A DNA stretch of 64,000 nt from Oceanispirochaeta sp. GTDB lineage: Bacteria; Spirochaetota; Spirochaetia; DSM-2461. The notes below the pieces were generated by a model. It worked only from the letters and a program-made list of their open reading frames with translations, searched no databases and was not told the DNA's origin. Both the position numbers and the translations under genes were made by a program. How positions within the stretch are numbered: the stretch's first letter is position 1; each line of letters starts with the position of its first letter. Below are positions 41,504 through 51,586 of the stretch, piece by piece. The stretch covers positions 2,048,001 to 2,112,000 of the forward strand of contig CAXXOA010000001.1 in assembly GCA_963666275.2 (NCBI GenBank). The letters are read 5' to 3'.

Positions 41504-42192
41504 GACAGGACCAGTCTCCCGCCATGGAGATGAAAGCGCCTGCGGCCCCTGTCGGCCAGCGCCTGATCATGGGTAACCAGAACGAGGGTCGTTCTTTCCT
41601 CTTCCGCGAGGCTGAAGAGAAGATCTTCCACAACCCTGGAATTTTTCTCATCAAGGCTTCCTGTAGGTTCATCTGCCAGAATAAGCGGAGGCCTGTTCAT
41701 AAGGGCCCTTGCCAGGGCAATCCTCTGGCGTTCTCCCCCTGAAAGCTGACCGGGATAGTGAAGCCCCCGCCGGGCCAGTCCGACTTTATCCAGAAGCTCC
41801 TCTGCCCTGTCCCGGACATCCTTCTTTTTAAGCCCCAGGATTCTTCCGGGCATCATGATGTTTTCCAGAGCGGTAAAATCTTTGAGAAGATAGTGAAACT
41901 GAAAGATAAAACCGGTTTTTTCGTTTCTGTACCGGGACAGCTCCACTTCGGCTTTTTCCGTAAGAGCCCAGTCACAGGAGAGGATTTCTCCCGAATCGGG
42001 CAGATCCAGCCCCCCTATGAGATTCAGCAGTGTACTTTTTCCGCTCCCGCTTTCGCCTGTGATGACGAGACTTTCCCCGGAAGCCACATCAAAAGTGACA
42101 TCATCCAGGATCAGAAGCGTATCTCTGCCGGACTGATAGGTTTTTGTTACGTTCTTCATGGAAAGGATATTCAATTCGCACTCCTGATTCAT
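41500..42192 (-). CDS. lolD: LolD-family ABC ATPase
   Basis: GESGSGKS, FIFQFHYLL, LSGGERQR, ADEPTG, VTHD. Confidence 0.88.
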   Translation of the reverse strand: MNQECELNILSMKNVTKTYQSGRDTLLILDDVTFDVASGESLVITGESGSGKSTLLNLIGGLDLPDSGEILSCDWALTEKAEVELSRYRNEKTGFIFQFHYLLKDFTALENIMMPGRILGLKKKDVRDRAEELLDKVGLARRGLHYPGQLSGGERQRIALARALMNRPPLILADEPTGSLDEKNSRVVEDLLFSLAEEERTTLVLVTHDQALADRGRRRFHLHGGRLVLS

Positions 42193-42243
42193 TAGAAAAT
42201 ACCGATCTGAAGAGAGAGGGTAATACTCCGCCTCCCTTCTCCT

Positions 42244-43512
42244 TTACTCATTGCGGAAAATCTCTGCCGGATTCACTGCGGCATACTTTCTCACAGCCCC
42301 CCAGGAGGCTGCCAGAACGGATATAAAAGCGGCGCTGTTGATGATTACAAGATCTTTCAGCATCAGATAAACAGGTATATCCGTAAAGTAGAAGCTCATG
42401 GGCGTATAGGCATCTTCCCTGCCCGTTATCTGAAAAGCCAGCAGTCTCAGCTTTTCTCCCGCAGAGACTGCCAGTTCTATAATGGAATTGATATTCAGAG
42501 AGATGAGAATTCCCAGAACAGTTCCGGCCAACACACCGGAGAAACCGATGATAACCCCCTGAAAAAGATAGACTTTCCGGATCTCAGCAGGGGTTCCCCC
42601 TATGGCTTTCAGAAGGGCCAGTTCCTCCAGTCTCTCCCGGACGCCCCGTTTCATGGAGTGGAAGATGTTCACAGCCACCACAATAAAAATGAGTCCCACA
42701 ATAAGGAGCATAAAGGTTTTTTCTATCTTCAGAGCATTAAAAAAAGCGCTGTTGTAGGTACGCCAGGAAACCATCCGGCTCCCTTTCAGGGATTCTATGC
42801 TGTTAAGCCGTTTAAGCACCGCCAGATCCCTGAAATGTTTTTTAAGCTTCACACCGTAGACAAGTCCCGAATCGGCCTCCTCTCCGGGATAGGAAAGAAG
42901 AGAGGAAAAAGCCATATTCCTGTCATATTCATAATAGCCGGTACGGAAAATTCCTTTCACAGTAAAGGTATGGTTTTTCAGAGCCCCCCGGCCGGATGTA
43001 ACGTCCAGAAAGGTCAGGGTGACTTTGTCTCCGGTAAAAACATTCACCGACCTTGCCAGGTCGGCTCCCAGGAGGATGGTATGATCTCCGGAAAGATCAA
43101 AATTTCCCGTAGTCATCCGTATTTTATCCATGAACCCCGTATCTGCCAGCAGAGCCTGTTCATCGGCAAAACGGATCTGTATGCCCGTGGAAAACCCGTC
43201 CCCGGAAGTCAGGATCACCTGATGATCCGCAAAAGGCACAACCGCCGAAATATTGGCAATATCCCCGGAGGCCTCAATGAACTCCTTCAGGGATATCCCG
43301 GGCTCTTCCACCCGGATATGATAGGAGTAGACTTCGTTGATACTGCTAATAAACCCCTGCTGAAAACCATTCATAACCGATAGAACCGTAATAAGAGTGA
43401 GTATACCAATAGCAAGACCGAGAACTGCCAGGAGATTGCCCAGGTGGCCTTTTCTTCCGCTGTGGGTCATCAGATACCTGGAAGCGATAAAAAGACTCCA
43501 GTTCCTTTTCAT
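42244..43512 (-). CDS. LolC/E-family ABC permease
   Basis: IASRYL, VLSVMNGF, FNALKIEK, PAEIFRNE. Confidence 0.85.
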   Translation of the reverse strand: MKRNWSLFIASRYLMTHSGRKGHLGNLLAVLGLAIGILTLITVLSVMNGFQQGFISSINEVYSYHIRVEEPGISLKEFIEASGDIANISAVVPFADHQVILTSGDGFSTGIQIRFADEQALLADTGFMDKIRMTTGNFDLSGDHTILLGADLARSVNVFTGDKVTLTFLDVTSGRGALKNHTFTVKGIFRTGYYEYDRNMAFSSLLSYPGEEADSGLVYGVKLKKHFRDLAVLKRLNSIESLKGSRMVSWRTYNSAFFNALKIEKTFMLLIVGLIFIVVAVNIFHSMKRGVRERLEELALLKAIGGTPAEIRKVYLFQGVIIGFSGVLAGTVLGILISLNINSIIELAVSAGEKLRLLAFQITGREDAYTPMSFYFTDIPVYLMLKDLVIINSAAFISVLAASWGAVRKYAAVNPAEIFRNE

Positions 43513-44546
43513 GAGTCCTCTCCTTCTTCCCGGGGAACGAGTTTTTCATAGACAGGCTGATTGTCCCTGTAGATGATCTCCCTGTCTGCGTCCTCCAGCC
43601 TGAGGACTCTTTTCACAAGCTGACCGTTCCGGTACTGGGTACTTTCCACAGGTTCATCTGGATCACTCTCATACCTGTATTCCCAGAGGATCTTATCTCT
43701 CTCATTCCGTTCAAGATACCGGACAAGCTGATTGTCCCGGTACTCTCTTGTAATTGCCAGCTTCAATAGCCCGCTGATATAGGAATTCTCCTGAAGAACC
43801 CTTCCCGACTCGTCAAAAAGAGAATAGATCATGGAGTTATCCCTGTAGTACCATCGGGTTTCCGACTCTTTTCTTCCGGAAGGATCATACTGGATAAAAC
43901 TTTTCTGAACCTCCTGATCCTCCAGGAAGAATGACTGCACTGTAAGGTGCCAGTTTTCATAGGAATACAGATAGGTTTTATCGCCCTGGCTGAGCAGGGT
44001 GGCACTGACACCGGAGTGATCTGCACTGTGCCAGAGGCTCTCTCCTGTTTTTTCGCCCGCACCATCCTGTCTGAGGATCCCCCTGAGAGAACCATCGTCC
44101 CTGTAGAGAAGAATACTGGTCTGTTCGGGTTCTCCCGAATCGGAGAGGAAAAGGATCTCTTTGACAGCTCCGTTATGGTGGTAGGAGAAATTCCTATGCT
44201 CCAGAAGGGTCCCCTCTGTATTGAAAAGTTTCTCAGAGAGAAGCTGTCTTTCCTGTGAATAGACAAGGATTTCCTGGATATTTTTTTTAAAGAAATAGGA
44301 CTCCCAGGTTTCGCCGTTGTCAAGTGTGAGTATTTCCCATCTCTTCCACTCATTCTGATTGTGATAGAGGGTCCGTAACTCAAGATTCCCTTCCGATTCC
44401 ACCCTCAGAAACCAGGGTTCATTTCCCTGTATTACGGCTACGGGCCTGATGGGAGTTCCCAGACCATCCGAGATATAATAAGTCTCCCCGGAGAGGGAAA
44501 ATAACAGTGAGAAGAATAGAAGCTGTCGGAAAATCCGGCGTTTCAT
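43509..44546 (-). CDS. Hypothetical exported protein with beta-hairpin repeats
   Basis: Signal-like N-terminus; recurring Y-D/x-x-G-x-L motifs; ATGA overlap. Confidence 0.65.
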   Translation of the reverse strand: MKRRIFRQLLFFSLLFSLSGETYYISDGLGTPIRPVAVIQGNEPWFLRVESEGNLELRTLYHNQNEWKRWEILTLDNGETWESYFFKKNIQEILVYSQERQLLSEKLFNTEGTLLEHRNFSYHHNGAVKEILFLSDSGEPEQTSILLYRDDGSLRGILRQDGAGEKTGESLWHSADHSGVSATLLSQGDKTYLYSYENWHLTVQSFFLEDQEVQKSFIQYDPSGRKESETRWYYRDNSMIYSLFDESGRVLQENSYISGLLKLAITREYRDNQLVRYLERNERDKILWEYRYESDPDEPVESTQYRNGQLVKRVLRLEDADREIIYRDNQPVYEKLVPREEGEDS

Positions 44547-45464
44547 CTAGTCTGCCAGCAGGTCATCCAGATACTGTTCGGGATCAAAAACAGAGAGATC
44601 GTCCAGACCTTCTCCATGCCCCACAAAAGCGATGGGAATTTTCATCTTTTTATTGATGGAAACCACAAGGCCTCCCCTGGCCGTGGCATCGTACTTTGTA
44701 AGGATAACCGCATCGACCCCTACGGCCTCATGAAAAACTTCCGCCTGCTGCAAACCGTTCTGTCCGGTGGTGGCATCAAGCACCAGTATTTTCCTGTATA
44801 GTCCGTTGCCTTCCAGATTGTTATCCACAATTTTGCTTATCTTCATCAATTCATTGATCAGATTTTTCCTGTTATGCATCCTTCCGGCTGTATCGGCAAG
44901 AATAAGGCTTTCATTCTGCGCCCTGGCGGAAGCGATGGTATCAAAGATGACGGCACCGGGATCGGACCCGTGTTTCTGGGCCACAACCCGTAAACCGGTC
45001 CTTTCTCCCTGAATCTTCAGCTGATCGATGGCTCCCGCCCGGAAGGTATCTCCTGCGGCCAGGACAATTCTGGGGAATCCTGATTTTTTATAATAATTGG
45101 CCAGTTTGGCAATGGTGGTTGTCTTTCCCACGCCATTTACACCAAGAACAAGAAACAGATTGAGCCCCTCTTCCGAGGGAACCAGTTCGGTTGTCAGAAG
45201 ATGCTCCCGGATAATACTCTTCAGTTCTTCCAGAATCGTATTCTTGTCTTTGATCTTATCTTTTTTTACACGCTCACGGAGTTCATCCACCAGTTCCATG
45301 GTGACGACGCCGCCCATATCTCCGGAAATCAGGAGTTCCTCCAGTTCCTCATAAAAGTCTTCAAGACTATCGGTTTTACTGAATATTTCAGCAATCCTTT
45401 TTCCCAGATTGGCTTTCCGCATAGATCCCTTTGCGGGGTCTTTCTTATTTTTCTTCCAGAACAT
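44547..45464 (-). CDS. ftsY: SRP receptor FtsY (short form)
   Basis: GVNGVGKTTT, DTFRAGA, DTAGR, DATTGQN, TKYD. Confidence 0.93.
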   Translation of the reverse strand: MFWKKNKKDPAKGSMRKANLGKRIAEIFSKTDSLEDFYEELEELLISGDMGGVVTMELVDELRERVKKDKIKDKNTILEELKSIIREHLLTTELVPSEEGLNLFLVLGVNGVGKTTTIAKLANYYKKSGFPRIVLAAGDTFRAGAIDQLKIQGERTGLRVVAQKHGSDPGAVIFDTIASARAQNESLILADTAGRMHNRKNLINELMKISKIVDNNLEGNGLYRKILVLDATTGQNGLQQAEVFHEAVGVDAVILTKYDATARGGLVVSINKKMKIPIAFVGHGEGLDDLSVFDPEQYLDDLLAD

Positions 45465-45486
45465 ACGTCCCTCTCACAGGCGGCCG

Positions 45487-46947
45487 TCAATCCTCGGTGG
45501 AGTCTTCGGCTGCTCTTATATAATCTTTTAATTTTATCAATGTATTCACAAGAAGTCCGCCGCTTACAGCGACTCCGCCGAGAAAACTGTAATAGGTAAT
45601 ATTTGAATATCGTTCATACTGCCTGGCTTTATCATAGCTTTCCTGACTGTCCGTAGCAATCCACTGATAGGCGTAGTCATAATACAGATTCGTTTGATTT
45701 TGGTAAATGCCGTAGAGGATCAGAGGGACCCCCATGGAAATACTCATCCAGCCCAGCGCTCTGTAAAAATCGGATTTGGCCTCTTTAAATGCCAGCTCCT
45801 TGTCATAGGCGCTCTGTGTGAGCTTGACCGTAATGGAATCCCCCTTGACTTCATACGAGGGGATATGGAAGGCCCTGTATCCTTCATAGGCTATTTTAAT
45901 ATCGTTGCTGAATCCCGGTCTCGGCACTGAAAGCGGCGTTATCCCCTGCCATTCGGATCCGTAATAGACATCTGCTCCCGGAGGATCTGAGAGAAAGGAA
46001 ACATAGGAGCTGATGCCTTTCTCCAGTTCTACTGCAAGTTCAACAGTTTCCATCGCCGGGAGGAATACCTGACGGGAATCACTGATATAACCATGCTCCG
46101 AAATACTGATAGTGACAAATCCCGGGCTGGCATCACTGATGTGGGCTTCTCCCACGCCGACGGTCTCTCCGTCCATGAGAATCAGACTTCCCGCCGGTTC
46201 CGCCGTAATGTGGATCTCCGACCATGTCCTTCCCAGAAGGGCTACCCGGATTTCAGCAGAGGCTTCCCTGACAAGGGAGTTCAAATCCTCCTCCCCGCCG
46301 GTACCGGTCCAGGAGGCAAGGGGTTCTTTGCCAAGAGGGGAAAAACAGGACAATTCAAGGAAAAGCAGTTCATCCAGCCGCTCGATGGAACCGTACAGGA
46401 TCATATCATAACTTTCGGTTTCCATTTCCCGGGCGACCTGTATCAGAGAAACACTCTTTTCCATATCTTTGAAGATAAGATCCAGCTCAACCGGAACATC
46501 CACCTCGGAGGGATCATATCCCTTGAGTCTTTCGATCTCCCGGAATTGTTCTTTTATATCTTCACTGAGACTCTCATAGCGGGAACGGGTGTCCACGGCA
46601 TCGGAAAAAATAAGCTCATCCCTCTGAGTAAACAGGGTTTCCAGAGTAGTTTCCGATTCCAGGCGTTTATCATCAAGAAAAGTTTCCCTCAGGTAAAGAG
46701 ACTCTTCATCTGTCAGCAGATGGGTCTTCAGCCCCTCCAGCTCATCTTTAAGCAGCTGGGGGAGACTATTCTGCAGATAAGTCTGACGTTCCAGAAGATT
46801 GGACTGTTCCCAAAGAGCAATTCCAACAGTCCAGCTCTCTTTTTCGATTGAGAAGTTGTCCTCTTCCTCTTCCTCATCAAGGCTGTAAAGGAAAGGACTG
46901 GTCAGCATTTGCAGGAGGAGTAATAGAAAAAGGCCCTGTCTATTCAT
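45487..46947 (-). CDS. PEGA-domain protein
   Basis: ITAEPAGS.I.MDG..VG and SDPPGADVY.G...GITP; signal peptide, C-terminal hydrophobic segments. Confidence 0.75.
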   Translation of the reverse strand: MNRQGLFLLLLLQMLTSPFLYSLDEEEEEDNFSIEKESWTVGIALWEQSNLLERQTYLQNSLPQLLKDELEGLKTHLLTDEESLYLRETFLDDKRLESETTLETLFTQRDELIFSDAVDTRSRYESLSEDIKEQFREIERLKGYDPSEVDVPVELDLIFKDMEKSVSLIQVAREMETESYDMILYGSIERLDELLFLELSCFSPLGKEPLASWTGTGGEEDLNSLVREASAEIRVALLGRTWSEIHITAEPAGSLILMDGETVGVGEAHISDASPGFVTISISEHGYISDSRQVFLPAMETVELAVELEKGISSYVSFLSDPPGADVYYGSEWQGITPLSVPRPGFSNDIKIAYEGYRAFHIPSYEVKGDSITVKLTQSAYDKELAFKEAKSDFYRALGWMSISMGVPLILYGIYQNQTNLYYDYAYQWIATDSQESYDKARQYERYSNITYYSFLGGVAVSGGLLVNTLIKLKDYIRAAEDSTED

Positions 46948-47305
46948 ATCCTCTTCCGGCGCGGTTTATGGCAGAAACAAGCCTTTTTCTCTGAAAAGGT
47001 TTGACCACATAGTCCACAGCTCCGAGCCGTATGGCATGAATGATTTTTTCCTGATCGCTCAGGGATGAACACATTATGACCCGGCAGTCGGGATAGGCCC
47101 TTTTAAGACTTTTCAGAGCTTCCACCCCGTTCATTCTGGGCATGACGATATCAAGGAGAACAAGGTCGGGAAGAAGAGATTTATACCGGGAGAGGCATTC
47201 AATGCCGTCCCCCGCTTCTCCCACGACCTGATGACCGCTTTCCATAACGATCTGAGAGATAATAGACCGCATAAAGGGCAGATCATCAACAATTAGGATT
47301 CTCAT
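46940..47305 (-). CDS. Single-domain response regulator (CheY-like)
   Basis: ILIVDDLPFMR, VVGEAGDG, LLDIVMPRMNG, VVKPF. Confidence 0.85.
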   Translation of the reverse strand: MRILIVDDLPFMRSIISQIVMESGHQVVGEAGDGIECLSRYKSLLPDLVLLDIVMPRMNGVEALKSLKRAYPDCRVIMCSSLSDQEKIIHAIRLGAVDYVVKPFQRKRLVSAINRAGRGYE

Positions 47306-48412
47306 TCCTGCTGTGTTCCCGACCAGAGATATTTCAGATAGGAATCAATGAAAGGATCCAGATCACCATCCATGACATTCTGAATATTTCCCGTTTCATG
47401 CCTTGTCCGAAGATCTTTTACCATCGTATAGGGATGAAAAACATAGGACCGGATCTGAGATCCCCATCCAATGTCCTTTTTTTCAGCCGCTGTAGCTGCT
47501 CTTTCTTCATCCTGGACCTGTTTATAATACTCATACAATCGGGACTTCAGCATTTTCATGGCAATTTCCCTGTTTTTAAGCTGACTCCGTTCATTCTGAC
47601 ACTGAACAACAATATTTGTTTCCAGATGGGTAATCCGGATGGCACTGCTTGTTTTATTAACATGCTGTCCTCCCGCTCCGGAAGCCCTGTAGGTATCAAC
47701 CCTGATATCCTCGGGGCGGATATCCACCTCAATGGAATCATCAATGACAGGAGAGACATAGACCGAAGCAAAGGAGGTATGCCGGCGGGCATTGGAATCA
47801 AAGGGAGAGATCCGGACAAGCCGGTGTATACCGCCCTCCCCTTTCAGGTATCCGTAGGAATAGTCTCCCTCGACTTCGAAGGAGATCGATTTGATCCCCC
47901 CTTCTGCTTCTACAAGGTCCATGACAGTAATCTTGAATCCTTTTCTTTCGATCCAGCGGTTGTACATTCTATAGAGCATACTGGTCCAGTCACAGGCTTC
48001 CGTACCGCCTGCCCCGGAATGGATCGTTATGAATGCAGGGAGAACATCTGTCTCCTCGCTGAGAAGCTCCAGTGAGTTCAGCTGATCAAAAGTTTCTTTC
48101 AACCTGTCCATCTGGGACTGGATTTCGCCTTCCAGAGACTCATCCTTCTCTTCCACAGCCAGTTCGTAGAGCTCTTTCAGATCTTCCATATCCGAAGCAA
48201 GCTTTTCCCATGGTTCAAACTTGTTTTTAAGTCTTTTGAGCTGTGCCAGTTTTTTTTCGGCATTTTCCCTGTCATTCCAGAAATTCGGGTCTCCCGACTC
48301 GATTTCCAGTTCTTTGGCCTGACTTTTCAACACATCTGTGTCAAAGTCCCCTCCAGGTATCAAGGATATCCCTTCCAAGGGATTTAATTTGTGCTGACAT
48401 ATCGCTAAGCAT
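47302..48412 (-). CDS. prfB: Peptide chain release factor 2, programmed +1 frameshift
   Basis: True ATG at 48412 (MLSDMSAQIKSLGRDILDTWRGL), CTT TGA C slip site, then frame with SPF and GGQ motifs. Confidence 0.95.
48340..48354 (-). promoter_or_regulatory. prfB autoregulatory frameshift site
   Basis: Minus strand GGAGGGGA-CTT-TGA-C (internal SD plus slippery stop). Confidence 0.92.
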
Positions 48413-48701
48413 TTGAGCCTCCGTTCGTTTTTTCTTTCAATACGTTTCGTCTCCACCGTTTCTCAGTCAGTGAAGTAATTACAAGCCGGCCCTCAATCGG
48501 GTACTGGTAAATTCTCACAGAATCATAGAAATCAGTAGCCCGGTCAATATCTAATTTCAGCCGGGAGAGATTGTTTTCATTTATTGACAGTGATTCAAAA
48601 GTATTTTTCTGTATCTGCTTAAACCCGTAACGGAAAAGTAAATTCTGAACAACCTTTTCACTGTCTTCATTCCCAAGATCAACAACAATGGATACAAACA
48701 T
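48405..48701 (-). CDS. Stand-alone Cas2/VapD-like small protein
   Basis: MFVSIVVDL (Asp ending beta1), LLFRYGFKQIQKNTFE (compare Cas2 L..YG..VQ.SVFE), D...DSVRIY; 98 aa. Confidence 0.7.
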   Translation of the reverse strand: MFVSIVVDLGNEDSEKVVQNLLFRYGFKQIQKNTFESLSINENNLSRLKLDIDRATDFYDSVRIYQYPIEGRLVITSLTEKRWRRNVLKEKTNGGSNA

Positions 48702-48708
48702 TTCCTAT

Positions 48709-48737
48709 ACTCTATTTGCGTCTTGCCCAACTGTCAA
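48709..48737 (-). promoter_or_regulatory. Sigma70 promoter of cas2-like/prfB operon
   Basis: Minus strand TTGACA-N17-TAGAGT; only 7 nt between -10 and ATG 48701. Confidence 0.65.
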
Positions 48738-48745
48738 TATAGATC

Positions 48746-50515
48746 TTAAAACAAAGTCACTTCTCCGCTTTCCGCCCCTTCATGACTCATGTTCAGAGCG
48801 TTTTCCCGGTCTGCTGATTTCTTATGTCTGAAAATGGTAAATTTATCTGTGAGTTTTTCAATTTTCTCACTGCTCAGTTCCCAGTTTTCATAGGGACTCT
48901 CTTTCAGAGTCCTTTCAAATTCAGAAGAGTAGTACACGGCTCCCTTCTCTATCTGGATCATCACCTGTTCCAGCTGTTTTTCAAGCCGTCCCATAGAGAG
49001 CAGATCCTTCATGGATTTGTTATAGAACTCATTGTATCTATCTCCCAGAAGAATCACATCGGAAGTACAGGCATCAACATAAACATGTGACTCCTTCAGC
49101 TCTTCCAGGCCGTTTTTGAGATCCGAGATAAAAAGATCCAGAGTCCCCTCATCTGCCTGGAAATCCCTGAAAAAATTCGTGAAAAGCTGATCCGTTCTGT
49201 TTTTGAACTCTTTAATGGTGGAAACAATATCCTCCACATTCTTTTCCAGTGATTCTGTTCTTACACTGATATTGTCTATGAGGATCCCCATATTCAGCAG
49301 ATTCGGCAGTTTTGCCGCCTCAACCCGGCTGGAGATATTTATCGTTTTTATATGGCTGATAATACCGATGTATCTTTCCGATGATTCCACCAGAGCATTG
49401 ATCTCTTTGATGATCATATCAAAACTGGTTTTCAGATACTTTCTTGTATATCCCTTCCTGATAACAGAGGAATTCCTGAACAGGGATTCTTCGTATTCCT
49501 GAATTTTCAAAGAATAGGAGTCATCATCATTTTTTGAATGAAAGTCTTTGCCTATTTTTTTGATGGTTTCATAGAAGGATGAAAAATCGGCGGATTTCGT
49601 CTGAAAGATTTCGAGAGTTTTATGCAGATCATCCAGTAGATCAAAAAGTATTTCATAACTCATCTGATAGATTCTGTGCTGAAAGGAGAGGGAATCCAGT
49701 TTCTGTTCTATTGTGGATCCCTGATCAACAGGCTCTTTCAATGAATAGATAATATGTTCAATGGACTGTCTGATAATATCATGTTTCTGGACTTCCTGGA
49801 GAATCTTATAGAGGGGTTCCTTTATTCTTCCCACCCCTGTTATCAGATGATCTCCGAAAAGCTGCAGCTGATCCCTGTATTCCAGATGGATTTCTAGCAT
49901 CTGGGCAATGGTGGATTCCATCTGCTTGGTTGCATTATTGAGTTCTTTTTTTTCATTCTGTATTTTTTCAAGGAATTCCCGGAAGATCCTGTCCATAACG
50001 GCGCCGTTTTCTTTCAGCAGGATACTCACTGCCGCAGATTCCCGGGAAACCTTCTGAAGCTCTTCTGTTATGTAGGGAAAGGCTCCGCCGTTTTTTCCCG
50101 CTTTCAGAGCGGTAACCATGGCATTGAGTGAGATCAGTTCCAATTCGGTAGAATCATCTTCTATCTGTTCTATATTTCCGGCGTAGGTTCTGCTTCGGCT
50201 CAACTCCTCTTCCAGCTTATTCAGAAACAGAGAGTCCTTACCGGCAAGTTCCGTAAGGATACTCCCCTCGGAATGGACTGTTCCTTTGAGCAGTTTTAGA
50301 ACATTTTCCATTGTATGGAGCCCGCAGAAAGTGGAGTTGCTTTCAGATTCATTCAACTGAAGAGAGTCTATTTTATCATCCAGAGCCCTGAAAATATTGG
50401 GATAGGTTTCGGCAATATTTTCATAGACATGTCCCAATTGACTGCTGATATCCTCCAGAAGAAAAACCAGATGATCCTTATTAAGATGCGTATTAGTTTC
50501 CGGCAATCCTGACAA
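48746..50515 (-). CDS. Soluble MCP-like protein with two signalling-tip-like segments
   Basis: [27 protein letters not shown] and [26 protein letters not shown]; no TM; last gene of che operon. Confidence 0.65.
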   Translation of the reverse strand: MSGLPETNTHLNKDHLVFLLEDISSQLGHVYENIAETYPNIFRALDDKIDSLQLNESESNSTFCGLHTMENVLKLLKGTVHSEGSILTELAGKDSLFLNKLEEELSRSRTYAGNIEQIEDDSTELELISLNAMVTALKAGKNGGAFPYITEELQKVSRESAAVSILLKENGAVMDRIFREFLEKIQNEKKELNNATKQMESTIAQMLEIHLEYRDQLQLFGDHLITGVGRIKEPLYKILQEVQKHDIIRQSIEHIIYSLKEPVDQGSTIEQKLDSLSFQHRIYQMSYEILFDLLDDLHKTLEIFQTKSADFSSFYETIKKIGKDFHSKNDDDSYSLKIQEYEESLFRNSSVIRKGYTRKYLKTSFDMIIKEINALVESSERYIGIISHIKTINISSRVEAAKLPNLLNMGILIDNISVRTESLEKNVEDIVSTIKEFKNRTDQLFTNFFRDFQADEGTLDLFISDLKNGLEELKESHVYVDACTSDVILLGDRYNEFYNKSMKDLLSMGRLEKQLEQVMIQIEKGAVYYSSEFERTLKESPYENWELSSEKIEKLTDKFTIFRHKKSADRENALNMSHEGAESGEVTLF

Positions 50516-51572
50516 CCTCCGGAGCTATTTTCTGCAATGGAAGGATTAAATCCACAGACCCTCTTTTGATTGCCTCATTGGGCATTCCGAAAACCACGCA
50601 GCTGGCTTCATCCTGAGCTATATTATAGGCACCGGACTCTTTCATCTCTTCCATCCCCCTGGCACCGTCATCACCCATTCCCGTCATGATGACACCGATG
50701 GTATTCGATCCCGAATAGCGGGCGGCGGACCGGAAGAGAACATCCACAGAGGGTTTGTGACGGCAGACCAGAGGACCGTCTTTCAGCTCCACATAATATC
50801 TTGCGCCCTGACGCTTCAGAAGCATGTGTCTGTTTCCGGGGGCGATGATTGCCCTACCCGGCAGAATAACATCATTGTTTTCCGCCTCTTTTACCTCGAT
50901 CTGGCATAAACTGTTGAGCCTCTGGGCAAAAGATTTGGTAAAATGCTCCGGCATGTGCTGCACAATGACAATACCCGGAGCATTGACAGGCATGGCCTCC
51001 AGGAAGACACGAAGAGCCTCGGTCCCTCCCGTCGAGGCACCCACAGCCACTATTTTTTCTGTAGTATCAATTTTCAGGGGGGCATGAGACCGGGAGATGA
51101 CCGCATCAGCCGTCAGTTTGGGCTGGACCGACATAGGTTTTGAAGGTGTCTGCTTTCTGATTTTAGGGCTCGTTGACGCGGCCGCTCTGACGACATCACA
51201 GATCCGGATTCTTGATTCGTTCAGAAACTCCTTGGTGCCGACTTTGGGCTTCTGAATGATCTCAACAGCCCCGAGTTCTATTGCTGTCAGAGCGTTCTTT
51301 CCGCCTTTTTCGGTTTTACTGGAGCATATGATCGTGGGGATGGGATTCTCAGACATCAGTTTTTTCAGAAACGTCAGACCATCCATCTGGGGCATCTCAA
51401 TATCAAGGATGAGAACATCCGGCTTATTTTTGGCTATTTTTTTCTCACCGAAAATGGGATTCTGAGCCGTGTCAATCACTTCCAGATCCTTCTCTTCGGA
51501 AAGGAGTGATGTCAGAGTCTGTCTGACAACAGCAGAATCGTCTATAATCATGACCTTAATTTTTGAACTCAT
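50493..51572 (-). CDS. cheB: Chemotaxis methylesterase CheB
   Basis: REC plus [25 protein letters not shown]. Confidence 0.95.
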   Translation of the reverse strand: MSSKIKVMIIDDSAVVRQTLTSLLSEEKDLEVIDTAQNPIFGEKKIAKNKPDVLILDIEMPQMDGLTFLKKLMSENPIPTIICSSKTEKGGKNALTAIELGAVEIIQKPKVGTKEFLNESRIRICDVVRAAASTSPKIRKQTPSKPMSVQPKLTADAVISRSHAPLKIDTTEKIVAVGASTGGTEALRVFLEAMPVNAPGIVIVQHMPEHFTKSFAQRLNSLCQIEVKEAENNDVILPGRAIIAPGNRHMLLKRQGARYYVELKDGPLVCRHKPSVDVLFRSAARYSGSNTIGVIMTGMGDDGARGMEEMKESGAYNIAQDEASCVVFGMPNEAIKRGSVDLILPLQKIAPEVVRIAGN

Positions 51573-51586
51573 ACGACCTTCCTTTA

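Noticed and set aside
48413..48456. Track N-terminal extension of prfB
   Set aside because: Explained by the +1 frameshift; region belongs to the cas2-like CDS
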